A stretch of DNA of 64,000 bases, taken from NCBI RefSeq assembly GCF_032444005.1, contig NC_091291.1, positions 20,398,001-20,462,000 on the forward strand. The letters are read 5' to 3'. A program made the translations under genes and the position numbers. Position 1 is the first letter of the stretch, and each line of letters begins with the position of its first letter. Positions 62,746 through 64,000 of this stretch are shown here, in pieces. This stretch comes from Ranitomeya imitator. Its lineage: Eukaryota. The notes beneath the pieces are model-generated. The model did not search any database and was not told the origin of the DNA. It worked only from the letters and a program-made list of their open reading frames with translations.

Positions 62746-63200
62746 GATTCTTTCCTCGTTGGTCTGCAGGAGCCTAAGCCTCTTTCAGTGGTTGTGTGCA
62801 CTCAACCCTATCAGGTGACCACGATAATGCGTATTCTTCCCCAGATAAGACTATTGCTTGTCCAGGTTTATTCCTTTTCTGTCTATACACTAATTTCCTT
62901 TTTGCCCCTTTTATTGATCAATAGGTTCACTATGTTGACATTATTTATGGCTGCTATTTTATCTTCTTGTAGCACATGTCATTTTATACCTACACTAATT
63001 TTAAATGAACTAAGTAGCATCATGGCTACTTGATTAATACCATTTTTTTTGTCATACTTCAATTATAGTTCTGTTTATAACTATTGTTTCTAGCATAGTC
63101 ACTTTAGTAACCTGTCTATATATATGGACATATTCATTCAATAACATATTATTTCTTTAGTACTTTATTAAATTGCTTCACGACTCTTTGGTATGTTACT

Positions 63201-64000
63201 TGTGTGGTGCAGTAACCCACGTTACAGCCAGGGGGCGCTGTGTGTGCGCTTCAAGATGTGCTTGGAGGCATAAATGTGATGAGACAAAGACCGGCAGAAG
63301 TGTAAATGGCCGGTGTGTGTGTTGCAGAGGAAGACACGCTGCGCTGTCAGTCTGAAGTTAAGTTGGTGTGCTGGGACCTGTAGTCCCACAAGTAATTGTG
63401 TAATTCTAATGGGAGACTGGCAGGGCTAGTTATGAGAGATGGGAGAGTCAAACTAGCCACACACACCCACACTCCCACCCAGGGGAGTGGTTACACCTAG
63501 ATAATGTGACCAGAGTGTGGGTCACATTGAGGGGGTTGGGTTCAGAGTGTATGGATCCGTTTGGTGCATGTGCAAGGTCCTGGATGGTCGGTGTTGGAGT
63601 CTCCTGGCATTGGAGAAGTCCTGGAAGCACTGAAGAGTGAGTCCTGCAATAGCCGAGGTGTTGGATTGTCCTGAAGTGGGCTGGAGTCCTGGAAGCACTA
63701 CTAAAGCTATGGACTGAGTGCTCGAGGTGTTGGATTGTCCTGGTATGGACTGGAGTCCTGCAAGCACCTGGTAAGAGTGAGTCCTGCAATAGCCGAGGTG
63801 TTGGATTGTTCTGAAGTGGGCTGGAGTTCTGGAAGCACTGCTGAGGCTATGGACTGAATGCTCGAGGTGTTGAATTGTCCTGGTATGGACTGGAGTCCTG
63901 CAAGCACCTGGTAAGAGTGTGAGCCCTGGAATGGTCAGGGTGTTGGATTGTCCTGGGATGGATTGGAGTCCTGCAAGCACCTGGTAAGATCATGGACTGA
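63201..64000. repeat. LTR-like repeat containing a ~70/140-bp tandem array, cut by the window end
   Basis: Starts with TG; GAGTCCTGCAATAGCCGAGGTGTTGGATTGT recurs at 63639 and 63779 with half-units between. The other end is not visible. Confidence 0.4.

Overview
Repeat-rich vertebrate genomic DNA, most likely a frog (inferred from Kolobok/T2 and Harbinger MITEs, V-SINEs, CR1 and Neptune-type Penelope elements). There is one 729-bp assembly gap. The only host genes supported are three single-coding-exon chemoattractant-type GPCRs on the + strand. A (8239-9294) and B (30003-31064) are CMKLR1-like tandem paralogues that share a promoter, non-coding first exon, intronic block and 3' flank. C (56387-57391) is more divergent. 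The rest is transposons and minisatellites. The most striking structure is a 6.4-kb Penelope-like insertion (13188-19573): two 5'-truncated RT/GIY-YIG copies joined head-to-head as a near-perfect palindrome (3099-bp arms, 110-bp spacer) inside one 14-bp target-site duplication, with a U3-A8 variant hammerhead ribozyme near each outer end. A 272-bp miniature with the same head-to-head layout and canonical hammerheads lies at 62474-62745, which suggests a recurring two-RNA integration mode. Also present: a complete chromodomain Gypsy element with a tRNA-independent self-priming PBS, a satellite-carrying Helitron, nested solo LTRs and three CR1 LINEs. All coordinates and mismatch counts were read by eye; no database searches were run.
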